From Eledone cirrhosa (Eukaryota), in the NCBI GenBank assembly GCA_964016885.1, contig OZ024745.1, positions 33,480,001 through 33,544,000 of the forward strand: a DNA stretch of 64,000 nucleotides, given 5' to 3'. Below, piece by piece: positions 1 through 15,000 of this stretch; positions within the stretch are counted from its first letter, which is position 1; each line of letters opens with the position of its first letter. The translations under genes and the position numbers were made by a program. Below the pieces are notes generated by a model. It did no database searches. It saw only the letters and a list, made by a program, of their open reading frames with translations, and had not been told where the DNA came from.

Positions 1-3000
1 CTGGACCAAAGTGAGAGTTAACATCTATGTGGACTGGACCAAAGTGAGAGTTAACATCTATGTGGACTGGACCAAAGTGAGTGTTAACATCTACGTGGAC
101 TGGACCAAAGTGAGAGTTAACATCTACGTGGACTGGACCAAAGTGAGAGTTAACATCTATGTGGACTGGACCAAAGTGAGAGTTAACATCTATGTGGACT
201 GGACCAAAGGGAGAGTTAACACCTACGTGGACTGGATCAAAGTGAGAGTTAACACCTATGTGGACTGGACCAAAGGGAGAGTTAACATCTACGTGGACTG
301 GACCAAAGTGAGAGTTAACATCTATGTGGACTGGACCAAAGTGAGAGTTAACATCTATGTGGACTGGACCAAAGTGAGAGTTAACATCTATGTGGACTGG
401 ACCAAAGTGAGAGTTAACATCTATGTGGACTGGACCAAAGTGAGAGTTAACATCTATGTGGACTGGACCAAAGTGAGTGTTAACATCTACGTGGACTGGA
501 CCAAAGTGAGAGTTAACATCTACGTGGACTTGACCAAAGTGAGAGTTAACATCTACGTGGACTTGACCAAAGTGAGAGTTAACATCTATGTGGACTGGAC
601 CAAAGTGAGTGTTAACATCAACGTGGACTGGACCAAAGTGAGAGTTAACATCTACGTGGACTGGACCAAAGTGAGAGTTAACATCTACGTGGACTGGACC
701 AAAGTGAGAGTTAACACCTATGTGGACTGGACCAAAGTGAGAATTAACATCTATGTGGACTGGACCAAAGTGAGAGTTAACATCTATGTGGACTGGACCA
801 AAGTGAGAGTTAACACCTACGTGGACTGGACCAAAGTGAGAGTTAACACCTACGTGGACTGGACCAAAGTGAGAGTTAACATCTACGTGGACTGGACCAA
901 AGTGAGAGTTAACATCTACCTGGACTGGACCAAAGTGAGAGTTAACATCTATGTGGACTGGACCAAAGTGAGAGTTAACATCTATGTAGACTGGACCAAA
1001 GTGAGAGTTAACACCTATGTGGACTGGACCAAAGTGAGAGTTAACATCTACGTGGACTGGACCAAAGTGAGAGTTAACATCTATGTGGACTGGACCAAAG
1101 TGAGAGTTAACATCTACGTGGACTGGACGAAAGTGAGAGTTAACACCTACGTGGACTGGACCAAAGTGAGAGTTAACATCTATGTGGACTGGACCAAAGG
1201 GAGAGTTAACACCTACGTGGACTGGACCAAAGTGAGAGTTAACATCTATGTGGACTGGACCAAAGTGAGAGTTAACATCTACGTACACTGGACCAAAGTG
1301 AGAGTTAACATCTATGTGGACTGGACCAAAGTGAGAGTTAACATCTATGTGGACTGGACCAAAGTGAGAGTTAACATCTATGTGGACTGGACCAAAGTGA
1401 GAGTTAACATCTATGTGGACTGGACCAAAGTGAGAGTTAACATCTACGTGCACTGGACCAAAGTGAGAGTTAACATCTATGTGGACTGGACCAAAGGGAG
1501 AGTTAACACCTACGTGGACTGGACCAAAGTGAGAGTTAACATCTATGTGGACTGGACCAAAGTGAGAGTTAACATCTACGTGGACTGGACCAAAGTGAGA
1601 GTTAACACCTACGTGGACTGGACCAAAGTGAGAGTTAACATCTATGTGGACTGGACCAAAGTGAGAGTTAACATCTACGTGGACTGGACCAAAGTGAGAG
1701 TTAACACCTACGTGGACTGGACCAAAGTGAGAGTTAACATCTATGTGGACTGGACCAAAGTGAGAGTTAACACCTACGTGGACTGGACCAAAGTGAGAGT
1801 TAACATCTATGTGGACTGGACCAAAGTGAGAGTTAACACCTACGTGGACTGGACCAAAGTGAGAGTTAACATCTATGTGGACTGGACCAAAGTGAGAGTT
1901 AACATCTACGTGGACTGGACCAAAGTGAGAGTTAACATCTATGTGGACTGGACCAAAGTGAGAGTTAACACCTACGTGGACTGGACCAAAGTGAGAGTTA
2001 ACATCTATGTGGACTGGACCAAAGTGAGAGTTAACACCTATGTGGACTGGACCAAAGTGAGAGTTAACACTTATGTGGACTGGACCAAAGTGAGAATTTA
2101 ACATCTATGTGGACTGGACCAAAGTGAGAGTTAACACCTACGTGGACTGGACCAAAGTGAGAGGTAACACCTACGTGGACTGGACCAAAGTGAGAGTTAA
2201 CACCTACGTGGACTGGACCAAAGTGAGAGTTAACACCTACGTGGACTGGACCAAAGTGAGAGTTAACATCTACGTGGACTGGACCAAAGTGAGAGTTAAC
2301 ACCTACGTGGACTGGACCAAAGTGAGAGTTAACACCTACGTGGACTGGACCAAAGTGAGAGTTAACATCTACGTGGACTGGACCAAAGTGAGAGTTAACA
2401 TCTACCTGGACTGGACAAAAGTGAGAGTTAACATCTATGTGGACTGGACCAAAGTGAGAGTTAACACCTACGTGGACTGGACCAAAGTGAGAGTTAACAT
2501 CTATGTAGACTGGACCAAAGTGAGAGTTAACATCTACGTGGACTGGACCAAAGTGAGAGTTAACATCTACGTGGACTGGACCAAAGTGAGCGTTAACACC
2601 TACGTGGACTGGACCAAAGTGAGAGTTAACATCTACGTGGACTGGACCAAAGTGAGAGTTAACATCTATGTGGACTGGACCAAAGTGAGAGTTAACATCT
2701 ACGTGGACTGGACGAAAGTGAGAGTTAACACCTATGTGGACTGGACCAAAGTGAGAGTTAACACCTACGTGGACTGGACCAAAGTGAGAGTTAACACCTA
2801 CGTGGACTGGACCAAAGTGAGAGTTAACATCTACGTGGACTGGTCCAAAGTGAGAGTTAACACCTACGTGGACTGGACCAAAGTGAGAGTTAACACCTAC
2901 GTGGACTGGACCAAAGTGAGAGTTAACATCTACGTGGACTGGACCAAAGTGAGAGTTAACATCTATGTGGACTGGACCAAAGTGAGAGTTAACATCTATG

Positions 3001-6000
3001 TGGACTGGACCAAAGTGAGAGTTAACATCTACGTGCACTGGACCAAAGTGAGAGTTAACATCTATGTGGACTGGACCAAAGGGAGAGTTAACACCTACGT
3101 GGACTGGACCAAAGTGAGAGTTAACATCTATGTGGACTGGACCAAAGTGAGAGTTAACATCTACGTGCACTGGACCAAAGTGAGAGTTAACATCTATGTG
3201 GACTGGACCAAAGGGAGAGTTAACACCTACGTGGACTGGACCGAAGTGAGAGTTAACATCTATGTGGACTGGACCAAAGGGAGAGTTAACACCTACGTGG
3301 ACTGGATCAAAGTGAGAGTTAACACCTATGTGGACTGGACCAAAGGGAGAGTTAACATCTACGTGGACTGGACCAAAGTGAGAGTTAACATCTATGTGGA
3401 CTGGACCAAAGTGAGAGTTAACATCTATGTGGACTGGACCAAAGTGAGAGTTAACATCTATGTGGACTGGACCAAAGTGAGAGTTAACATCTATGTGGAC
3501 TGGACCAAAGTGAGAGTTAACATCTATGTGGACTGGACCAAAGTGAGTGTTAACATCTACGTGGACTGGACCAAAGTGAGAGTTAACATCTACGTGGACT
3601 GGACCAAAGTGAGAGTTAACATCTATGTGGACTGGACCAAAGTGAGAGTTAACATCTATGTGGACTGGACCAAAGGGAGAGTTAACACCTACGTGGACTG
3701 GATCAAAGTGAGAGTTAACACCTATGTGGACTGGACCAAAGGGAGAGTTAACATCTACGTGGACTGGACCAAAGTGAGAGTTAACATCTATGTGGACTGG
3801 ACCAAAGTGAGAGTTAACATCTATGTGGACTGGACCAAAGTGAGAGTTAACATCTATGTGGACTGGACCAAAGTGAGAGTTAACATCTATGTGGACTGGA
3901 CCAAAGTGAGAGTTAACATCTATGTGGACTGGACCAAAGTGAGTGTTAACATCTACGTGGACTGGACCAAAGTGAGAGTTAACATCTACGTGGACTTGAC
4001 CAAAGTGAGAGTTAACATCTACGTGGACTTGACCAAAGTGAGAGTTAACATCTATGTGGACTGGACCAAAGTGAGTGTTAACATCAACGTGGACTGGACC
4101 AAAGTGAGAGTTAACATCTACGTGGACTGGACCAAAGTGAGAGTTAACATCTACGTGGACTGGACCAAAGTGAGAGTTAACACCTATGTGGACTGGACCA
4201 AAGTGAGAATTAACATCTATGTGGACTGGACCAAAGTGAGAGTTAACATCTATGTGGACTGGACCAAAGTGAGAGTTAACACCTACGTGGACTGGACCAA
4301 AGTGAGAGTTAACACCTACGTGGACTGGACCAAAGTGAGAGTTAACATCTACGTGGACTGGACCAAAGTGAGAGTTAACATCTACCTGGACTGGACCAAA
4401 GTGAGAGTTAACATCTATGTGGACTGGACCAAAGTGAGAGTTAACATCTATGTAGACTGGACCAAAGTGAGAGTTAACACCTATGTGGACTGGACCAAAG
4501 TGAGAGTTAACATCTACGTGGACTGGACCAAAGTGAGAGTTAACATCTATGTGGACTGGACCAAAGTGAGAGTTAACATCTACGTGGACTGGACGAAAGT
4601 GAGAGTTAACACCTACGTGGACTGGACCAAAGTGAGAGTTAACATCTATGTGGACTGGACCAAAGGGAGAGTTAACACCTACGTGGACTGGACCAAAGTG
4701 AGAGTTAACATCTATGTGGACTGGACCAAAGTGAGAGTTAACATCTACGTACACTGGACCAAAGTGAGAGTTAACATCTATGTGGACTGGACCAAAGTGA
4801 GAGTTAACATCTATGTGGACTGGACCAAAGTGAGAGTTAACATCTATGTGGACTGGACCAAAGTGAGAGTTAACATCTATGTGGACTGGACCAAAGTGAG
4901 AGTTAACATCTACGTGCACTGGACCAAAGTGAGAGTTAACATCTATGTGGACTGGACCAAAGGGAGAGTTAAAACCTACGTGGACTGGACCAAAGTGAGA
5001 GTTAACATCTATGTGGACTGGACCAAAGGGAGAGTTAACACCTACGTGGACTGGACCAAAGTGAGAGTTAACATCTACGTGCACTGGACCAAAGTGAGAG
5101 TTAACATCTATGTGGACTGGACCAAAGGGAGAGTTAACATCTACGTGGACTGGACCGAAGTGAGAGTTAACATCTATGTGGACTGGACCAAATTGAGAGT
5201 TAACATCTATGTGGACTGGACCAAAGGGAGAGTTAACACCTACGTGGACTGGACCAAAGTGAGAGTTAACACCTATGTGGACTGGACCAAAGGGAGAGTT
5301 AACATCTACGTGGACTGGACCAAAGTGAGAGTTAACATCTATGTGGACTGGACCAAAATGAGAGTTAACATCTATGTGGACTGGACCAAAGTGAGAGTTA
5401 ACATCTACGTGGACTGGACCAAAGTCAGAGTTAACATCTACGTGGACTGGACCAAAGTGAGAGTTAACATCTACGTGGACTGGACCAAAGTGAGAGTAAA
5501 CATCTACGTGGACTGGACCAAAGTGAGAGTTAACATCTACGTGGACTTGACCAAAGTGAGAGTTAACACCTATGTGGACTGGACCAAAGTGAGAGTTAAC
5601 ATCTATGTGGACTGGACCAAAGTGAGAGTTAACATCTATGTGGACTGGACCAAAGTGAGAGTTAACACCTACGTGGACTGGACCAAGGTGAGAGTTAACA
5701 CCTACGTGGACTGGACCAAAGTGAGAGTTAACATCTATGTGGACTGGACCAAAGTGAGAGTTAACACCTACGTGGACTGGACCAAAGTGAGAGTTAACAT
5801 CTACGTGGAATGGACCAAAGTGAGAGTTAACATCTATGTGGACTGGACCAAAGTGAGAGGTAACACCTACGTGGACTGGACCAAAGTGAGAGTTAACACC
5901 TATGTGGACTGGACCAAAGTGAGAGTTAACACCTACGTGGACTGGACCAAAGTGAGAGTTAACACCTACGTGGACTGGACCAAAGTGAGAGTTAACATCT

Positions 6001-9000
6001 ACGTGGACTGGACCAAAGTGAGAGTTAACATCTATGTGGACTGGACCAAAGTGAGAGTTAACACCTACGTGGACTGGACCAAAGTGAGAGTTAACATCTA
6101 TGTGGACTGGACCAAAGTGAGAGTTAACATCTACGTGGACTGGACCAAAGTGAGAGTTAACACCTACGTGGACTGGACCAAAGTGAGAGTTAACATCTAT
6201 GTGGACTGGACCAAAGTGAGAGTTAACATCTACGTGGACTGGACCAAAGTGAGAGTTAACACCTACGTGGACTGGACCAAAGTGAGAGTTAACATCTATG
6301 TGGACTGGACCAAAGTGAGAGTTAACACCTACGTGGACTGGACCAAAGTGAGAGTTAACATCTATGTGGACTGGACCAAAGTGAGAGTTAACACCTACGT
6401 GGACTGGACCAAAGTGAGAGTTAACATCTATGTGGACTGGACCAAAGTGAGAGTTAACATCTACGTGGACTGGACCAAAGTGAGAGTTAACATCTATGTG
6501 GACTGGACCAAAGTGAGAGTTAACACCTACGTGGACTGGACCAAAGTGAGAGTTAACATCTATGTGGACTGGACCAAAGTGAGAGTTAACACCTATGTGG
6601 ACTGGACCAAAGTGAGAGTTAACACTTATGTGGACTGGACCAAAGTGAGAATTTAACATCTATGTGGACTGGACCAAAGTGAGAGTTAACACCTACGTGG
6701 ACTGGACCAAAGTGAGAGGTAACACCTACGTGGACTGGACCAAAGTGAGAGTTAACACCTATGTGGACTGGACCAAAGTGAGAGTTAACACCTACGTGGA
6801 CTGGACCAAAGTGAGAGTTAACACCTACGTGGACTGGACCAAAGTGAGAGTTAACATCTACGTGGACTGGACCAAAGTGAGAGTTAACACCTACGTGGAC
6901 TGGACCAAAGTGAGAGTTAACACCTACGTGGACTGGACCAAAGTGAGAGTTAACATCTACGTGGACTGGACCAAAGTGAGAGTTAACATCTACCTGGACT
7001 GGACAAAAGTGAGAGTTAACATCTATGTGGACTGGACCAAAGTGAGAGTTAACACCTACGTGGACTGGACCAAAGTGAGAGTTAACATCTATGTAGACTG
7101 GACCAAAGTGAGAGTTAACATCTACGTGGACTGGACCAAAGTGAGAGTTAACATCTACGTGGACTGGACCAAAGTGAGCGTTAACACCTACGTGGACTGG
7201 ACCAAAGTGAGAGTTAACATCTACGTGGACTGGACCAAAGTGAGAGTTAACATCTATGTGGACTGGACCAAAGTGAGAGTTAACATCTACGTGGACTGGA
7301 CGAAAGTGAGAGTTAACACCTATGTGGACTGGACCAAAGTGAGAGTTAACACCTACGTGGACTGGACCAAAGTGAGAGTTAACACCTACGTGGACTGGAC
7401 CAAAGTGAGAGTTAACATCTACGTGGACTGGTCCAAAGTGAGAGTTAACACCTACGTGGACTGGACCAAAGTGAGAGTTAACACCTACGTGGACTGGACC
7501 AAAGTGAGAGTTAACATCTACGTGGACTGGACCAAAGTGAGAGTTAACATCTATGTGGACTGGACCAAAGTGAGAGTTAACATCTATGTGGACTGGACCA
7601 AAGTGAGAGTTAACATCTACGTGCACTGGACCAAAGTGAGAGTTAACATCTATGTGGACTGGACCAAAGGGAGAGTTAACACCTACGTGGACTGGACCAA
7701 AGTGAGAGTTAACATCTATGTGGACTGGACCAAAGTGAGAGTTAACATCTACGTGCACTGGACCAAAGTGAGAGTTAACATCTATGTGGACTGGACCAAA
7801 GGGAGAGTTAACACCTACGTGGACTGGACCGAAGTGAGAGTTAACATCTATGTGGACTGGACCAAAGTGAGAGTTAACACCTACGTGGACTGGATCAAAG
7901 TGAGAGTTAACACCTATGTGGACTGGACCAAAGGGAGAGTTAACATCTACGTGGACTGGACCAAAGTGAGAGTTAACATCTATGTGGACTGGACCAAAGT
8001 GAGAGTTAACATCTATGTGGACTGGACCAAAGTGAGAGTTAACATCTATGTGGACTGGACCAAAGTGAGAGTTAACATCTATGTGGACTGGACCAAAGTG
8101 AGAGTTAACATCTATGTGGACTGGACCAAAGTGAGTGTTAACATCTACGTGGACTGGACCAAAGTGAGAGTTAACATCTACGTGGACTGGACCAAAGTGA
8201 GAGTTAACATCTATGTGGACTGGACCAAAGTGAGAGTTAACATCTATGTGGACTGGACCAAAGGGAGAGTTAACACCTACGTGGACTGGATCAAAGTGAG
8301 AGTTAACACCTATGTGGACTGGACCAAAGGGAGAGTTAACATCTACGTGGACTGGACCAAAGTGAGAGTTAACATCTATGTGGACTGGACCAAAGTGAGA
8401 GTTAACATCTACGTGGACTGGACCAAAGTGAGAGTTAACATCTATGTGGACTGGACCAAAGTGAGAGTTAACATCTATGTGGACTGGACCAAAGTGAGAG
8501 TTAACATCTATGTGGACTGGACCAAAGTGAGTGTTAACATCTACGTGGACTGGACCAAAGTGAGAGTTAACATCTACGTGGACTTGACCAAAGTGAGAGT
8601 TAACATCTATGTGGACTGGACCAAAGTGAGAGTTAACATCTATGTGGACTGGACCAAAGTGAGAGTTAACACCTACGTGGACTGGACCAAAGTGAGAGTT
8701 AACACCTACGTGGACTGGACCAAAGTGAGAGTTAACATCTACGTGGACTGGACCAAAGTGAGAGTTAACATCTACCTGGACTGGACCAAAGTGAGAGTTA
8801 ACATCTATGTGGACTGGACCAAAGTGAGAGTTAACACCTACGTGGACTGGACCAAAGTGAGAGTTAACATCTATGTAGACTGGACCAAAGTGAGAGTTAA
8901 CACCTATGTGGACTGGACCAAAGTGAGAGTTAACATCTACGTGGACTGGACCAAAGTGAGAGTTAACATCTACGTGGACTGGACCAAAGTGAACGTTAAC

Positions 9001-12000
9001 ACCTACGTGGACTGGACCAAAGTGAGAGTTAACATCTATGTGGACTGGACCAAAGTGAGAGTTAACACCTATGTGGACTGGACCAAAGTGAGAGTTAACA
9101 TCTATGTGGACTGGAACAAAGTGAGAGTTAACATCTACGTGGACTGGACCAAAGTGAGAGTTAACATCTACGTGGACTGGACCAAAGTGAGAGTTAACAT
9201 CTATGTGGACTGGACCAAAGTGAGAGTTAACATCTACGTGGACTGGACCAAAGTGAGAGTTAACATCTATGTGGACTGGACCAAAGTGAGAGTTAACACC
9301 TACGGGGACTGGACCAAAGTGAGAGTTAACATCTATGTGGACTGGACCAAAGGGAGAGTTAACATCTACGTGGACTGGACCAAAGTGAGAGTTAACACCT
9401 ATGTGGACTGGACCAAAGTGAGAGTTAACACCTACGTGGACTGGACCAAAGTGAGAGTTAACACCTATGTGGACTGGACCAAAGTGAGAGTTAACATCTA
9501 TGTGGACTGGACCAAAGGGAGAGTTAACATCTACGTGGACTGGACCAAAGTGAGAGTTAACATCTATGTGGACTGGACCAAAGTGAGAGTTAACATCTAC
9601 GTGGACTGGACCAAAGTGAGAGTTAACATCTATGTGGACTGGACCAAAGTGAGAGTTAACACCTATGTGGACTGGACCAAAGTGAGAGTTAACATCTATG
9701 TGGACTGGACCAAAGTGAGAGTTAACATCTATGTGGACTGGACCAAAGTGAGAGTTAACATCTATGTGGACTGGACCAAAGTGAGAGTTAACACCTATGT
9801 GGACTGGACCAAAGGGAGAGTTAACATCTACGTGGACTGGACCAAAGTGAGAGTTAACATCTATGTGGACTGGACCAAAGTGAGAGTTAACATCTACGTG
9901 GACTGGACCAAAGTGAGAGTTAACATCTATGTGGACTGGACCAAAGTGAGAGTTAACACCTATTTGGACTGGACCAAAGTGAGAGTTAACATCTATGTGG
10001 ACTGGACCAAAGTGAGAGTTAACATCTATGTGGACTGGACCAAAGTGAGAGTTAACATCTATGTGGACTGGACCAAAGTGAGAGTTAACACCTATGTGGA
10101 CTGGACCAAAGTGAGAGTTAACACCTATGTGGACTGGACCAAAGTGAGAGTTAACACCTACGTGGACTGGACCAAAGTGAGAGTTAACACCTACGTGGAC
10201 TGGACCAAAGTGAGAGTTAACACCTATGTGGACTGGACCAAAGTGAGAGTTAACATCTATGTGGACTGGACCAAAGTGAGAGTTAACATGTACGTGGACT
10301 GGACCAAAGTGAGAGTTAACATCTATGTGGACTGGACCAAAGTGAGAGTTAACACCTATGTGGACTGGACCAAAGTGAGAGTTAACATCTATGTGGACTG
10401 GACCAAAGTGAGAGCTAACATCTATGTGGACTGGACCAAAGTGAGAGTTAACATCTATGTGGACTGGACCAAAGTGAGAGTTAACATCTACGTGCACTGG
10501 ACCAAAGTGAGAGTTAACATCTATGTGGACTGGACCAAAGTGAGAGTTAACATGTATGTGGACTGGACCAAAGTGAGAGTTAACATCTATGTGGACTGGA
10601 CCAAAGTGAGAGTTAACATCTATGTGGACTGGACCAAAGTGAGAGTTAACATCTACGTGCACTGGACCAAAGTGAGAGTTAACATCTATGTGGACTGGAC
10701 CAAAGGGAGAGTTAACACCTACGTGGACTGGACCAAAGTGAGAGTTAACATCTATGTGGACTGGACCAAAGTGAGAGTTAACATCTACGTGCACTGGACC
10801 AAAGTGAGAGTTAACACCTATGTGAACTGGACCAAAGTGAGAGTTAACATCTACGTGGACTGGACCAAAGTGAGAGTTAACATCTACGTGGACTGGACCA
10901 AAGGGAGAGTTAACATCTACGTGGACTGGACCAAAGTGAGAGTTAACATCTATGTGGACTGGACCAAAGTGAGAGTTAACATCTATGTGGACTGGACCAA
11001 AGTGAGAGTTAACATCTACGTGGACTGGACCAAAGTGAGAGTTAACATCTACGTGGACTGGACCAAAGTGAGAGTTAACATCTACATGGACTGGACCAAA
11101 GTGAGAGTTAACACCTATGTGGACTGGACCAAAGTGAGAGTTAACATCTACGTGGACTGGACCAAAGTGAGAGTTAACATCTATGTGGACTGGACCAAAG
11201 TGAGAGTTAACATCTATGTGGACTGGACCAAAGTGAGAGTTAACATCTATGTGGACTGGACCAAAGGGAGAGTTAACACCTACGTGGACTGGACCAAAGT
11301 GAGAGTTAACATCTACGTGCACTGGACCAAAGGGAGAGTTAACACCTACGTGGACTGGACCAAAGTGAGAGTTAACATCTACGTGCACTGGACCAAAGTG
11401 AGAGTTAACATCTATGTGGACTGGACCAAAGTGAGAGTTAACATCTACGTGCACTGGACCAAAGTGAGAGTTAACATCTACGTGCACTGGACCAAAGTGA
11501 GAGTTAACATCTATGTGGACTGGACCAAAGTGAGAGTTAACATCTACGTGCACTGGACCAAAGTGAGAGTTAACACCTATGTGGACTGGACCAAAGTGAG
11601 AGTTAACATCTATGTGGACTGGACCAAAGGGAGAGTTAACACCTACGTGGACTGGACCGAAGTGAGAGTTAACACCTATGTGGACTGGTCCAAATTGAGA
11701 GTTAACATCTATGTGGACTGGACCAAAGGGAGAGTTAACACCTACGTGGACTGGACCGAAGTGAGAGTTAACATCTATGTGGACTGGACCAAAGTGAGAG
11801 TTAACATCTACGTGGACTGGACCAAAGTGAGAGTTAACACCTATGTGGACTGGACCAAAGGGAGAGTTAACATCTACGTGAACTGGACCAAAGTGAGAGT
11901 TAACATCTATGTGGACTGGACCAAAATGAGAGTTAACATCTATGTGGACTGGACCAAAGTGAGAGTTAACATCTACGTGGACTGGACCAAAGTCAGAGTT

Positions 12001-15000
12001 AACATCTACGTGGACTGGACCAAAATGAGAGTTAACATCTACGTGGACTGGACCAAAGTGAGAGTAAACATCTACGTGGACTGGACCAAAGTGAGAGTTA
12101 ACACCTATGTGGACTGGACCAAAGTGAGAGTTAACATCTATGTGGATTGGACCAAAGTGAGAGTTAACATCTATGTGGACTGGACCAAAGTGAGAGTTAA
12201 CACCTACGTGGACTGGACCAAAGTGAGAGTTAACACCTACGTGGACTGGACCAAAGTGAGAGTTAACATCTATGTGGACTGGACCAAAGTGAGAGTTAAC
12301 ACCTACGTGGACTGGACCAAAGTGAGAGTTAACATCTACGTGGAATGGACCAAAGTGAGAGTTAACATCTATGTGGACTGGACCAAAGTGAGAGGTAACA
12401 CCTACGTGGACTGGACCAAAGTGAGAGTTAACACCTATGTGGACTGGACCAAAGTGAGAGTTAACACCTACGTGGACTGGACCAAAGTGAGAGTTAACAC
12501 CTACGTGGACTGGACCAAAGTGAGAGTTAACATCTACGTGGACTGGACCAAAGTGAGAGTTAACCCCTACGTGGACTGGACCAAAGTGAGAGTTAACACC
12601 TACGTGGACTGGACCAAAGTGAGAGTTAACATCTACGTGGAATGGACCAAAGTGAGTGTTAACATCTATGTGGACTGGACCAAAGTGAGAGTTAACATCT
12701 ATGTGGACTGGACCAAAGTGAGAGTTAACATCTACGTGCACTGGACCAAAGTGAGAGTTAACATCTATGTGGACTGGACCAAAGGGAGAGTTAACATCTA
12801 TGTGGACTGGACCAAAGTGAGAGTTAACATCTACGTGCACTGGACCAAAGTGAGAGTTAACATCTATGTGGACTGGACCAAAGGGAGAGTTAACACCTAC
12901 GTGGACTGGACCGAAGCGAGAGTTAACCTCTATGTGGACTGGACCAAAGGGAGAGTTAACATCTACGTGCACTGGACCAAAGTGAGAGTTAACATCTATG
13001 TGGACTGGACCAAAGTGAGAGTTAACATCTACGTGGACTGGACCAAAGGGAGAGTTAACACCTACGTGGACTGGATCAAAGTGAGAGTTAACACCTATGT
13101 GGACTGGACCAAAGGGAGAGTTAACATCTACGTGGACTGGACCAAAGTGAGAGTTAACATCTATGTGGACTGGACCAAAGTGAGAGTTAACATCTATGTG
13201 GACTGGACCAAAGTGAGTGTTAACATCTACCTGGACTGGACCAAAGTGAGAGTTAACATCTATGTGGACTTGACCAAAGTGAGAGTTAACATCTACGTGG
13301 ACTTGACCAAAGTGAGAGTTAACATCTACGTGGACTGGACCAAAGTGAGAGTTAACATCTACGTGGACTGGACCAAAGTGAGAGTTAACACCTATGTGGA
13401 CTGGACAAAAGTGAGAATTAACATCTATGTGGACTGGACCAAAGTGAGAGTTAACATCTATGTGGACTGGACCAAAGTGAGAGTTAACACCTATGTGGAC
13501 TGGACCAAAGTGAGAGTTAACATCTACGTGGACTGGATCAAAGTGAGAGTTAACATCTATGTGGACTGGACCAAAGTGAGAGTTAACACCTACGTGGACT
13601 GGACCAAAGTGAGAGTTAACATCTATGTGGACTGGACCAAAGTGAGAGTTAACACCTACGTGGACTGGACCAAAGTGAGAGTTAACATCTATGTGGACTG
13701 GACCAAAGTGAGAGTTAACATCTACGTGGACTGGACCAAAGTGAGATTTAACATCTATGTGGACTGGACCAAAGTGAGAGTTAACACCTACGTGGACTGG
13801 ACCAAAGTGAGAGTTAACATCTATGTGGACTGGACCAAAGTGAGAGTTAACACCTATGTGGACTGGACCAAAGTGAGAGTTAACACTTATGTGGACTGGA
13901 CCAAAGTGAGAGTTAACATCTACGTGGACTGGACCAAAGTGAGAGTTAACATCTATGTGGACTGGACCAAAGTGAGAATTAACATCTATGTGGACTGGAC
14001 CAAAGTGAGAGTTAACATCTATGTGGACTGGACCAAAGTGAGAGTTAACACCTACGTGGACTGGACCAAAGTGAGAGTTAACATCTACGTGGACTGGACC
14101 AAAGTGAGAGTTAACACCTACGTGGACTGGACCAAAGTGAGAGTTAACACCTACGTGGACTGGACCAAAGTGAGAGTTAACATCTACGTGGACTGTCCAA
14201 AGTGAGAGTTAACATCTACCTGGACTGGACAAAAGTGAGAGTTAACATCTATGTGGACTGGACCAAATTGAGAGTTAACACCTACGTGGACTGGACCAAA
14301 GTGAGAGTTAACATCTATGTAGACTGGACCAAAGTGAGAGTTAACACCTATGTGGACTGGACCAAAGTGAGAGTTAACATCTACGTGGACTGGACCAAAG
14401 TGAGAGTTAACATCTACGTGGACTGGACCAAAGTGAGCGTTAACACCTACGTGGACTGGACCAAAGTGAGAGTTAACATCTACGTGGACTGGACCAAAGT
14501 GAGAGTTAACATCTATGTGGACTGGACCAAAGTGAGAGTTAACATCTACGTGGACTGGACGAAAGTGAGAGTTAACACCTACGTGGACTGGACCAAAGTG
14601 AGAGTTAACATCTATGTGGACTGGACCAAAGGGAGAGTTAACACCTACGTGGACTGGACCAAAGTGAGAGTTAACATCTATGTGGACTGGACCAAAGTGA
14701 GAGTTAACATCTACGTGCACTGGACCAAAGTGAGAGTTAACATCTATGTGGACTGGACCAAAGGGAGAGTTAACACCTACGTGGACTGGACCAAAGTGAG
14801 AGTTAACATCTATGTGGACTGGACCAAAGTGAGAGTTAACATCTACGTGGACTGGACCAAAGTGAGAGTTAACATCTATGTGGACTGGACCAAAGGGAGA
14901 GTTAACACCTACGGGGACTGAACCAAAGTGAGAGTTAACATCTATGTGGACTGGACCAAAGTGAGAGTTAACATCTATGTGGACTGGACCAAAGTGAGAG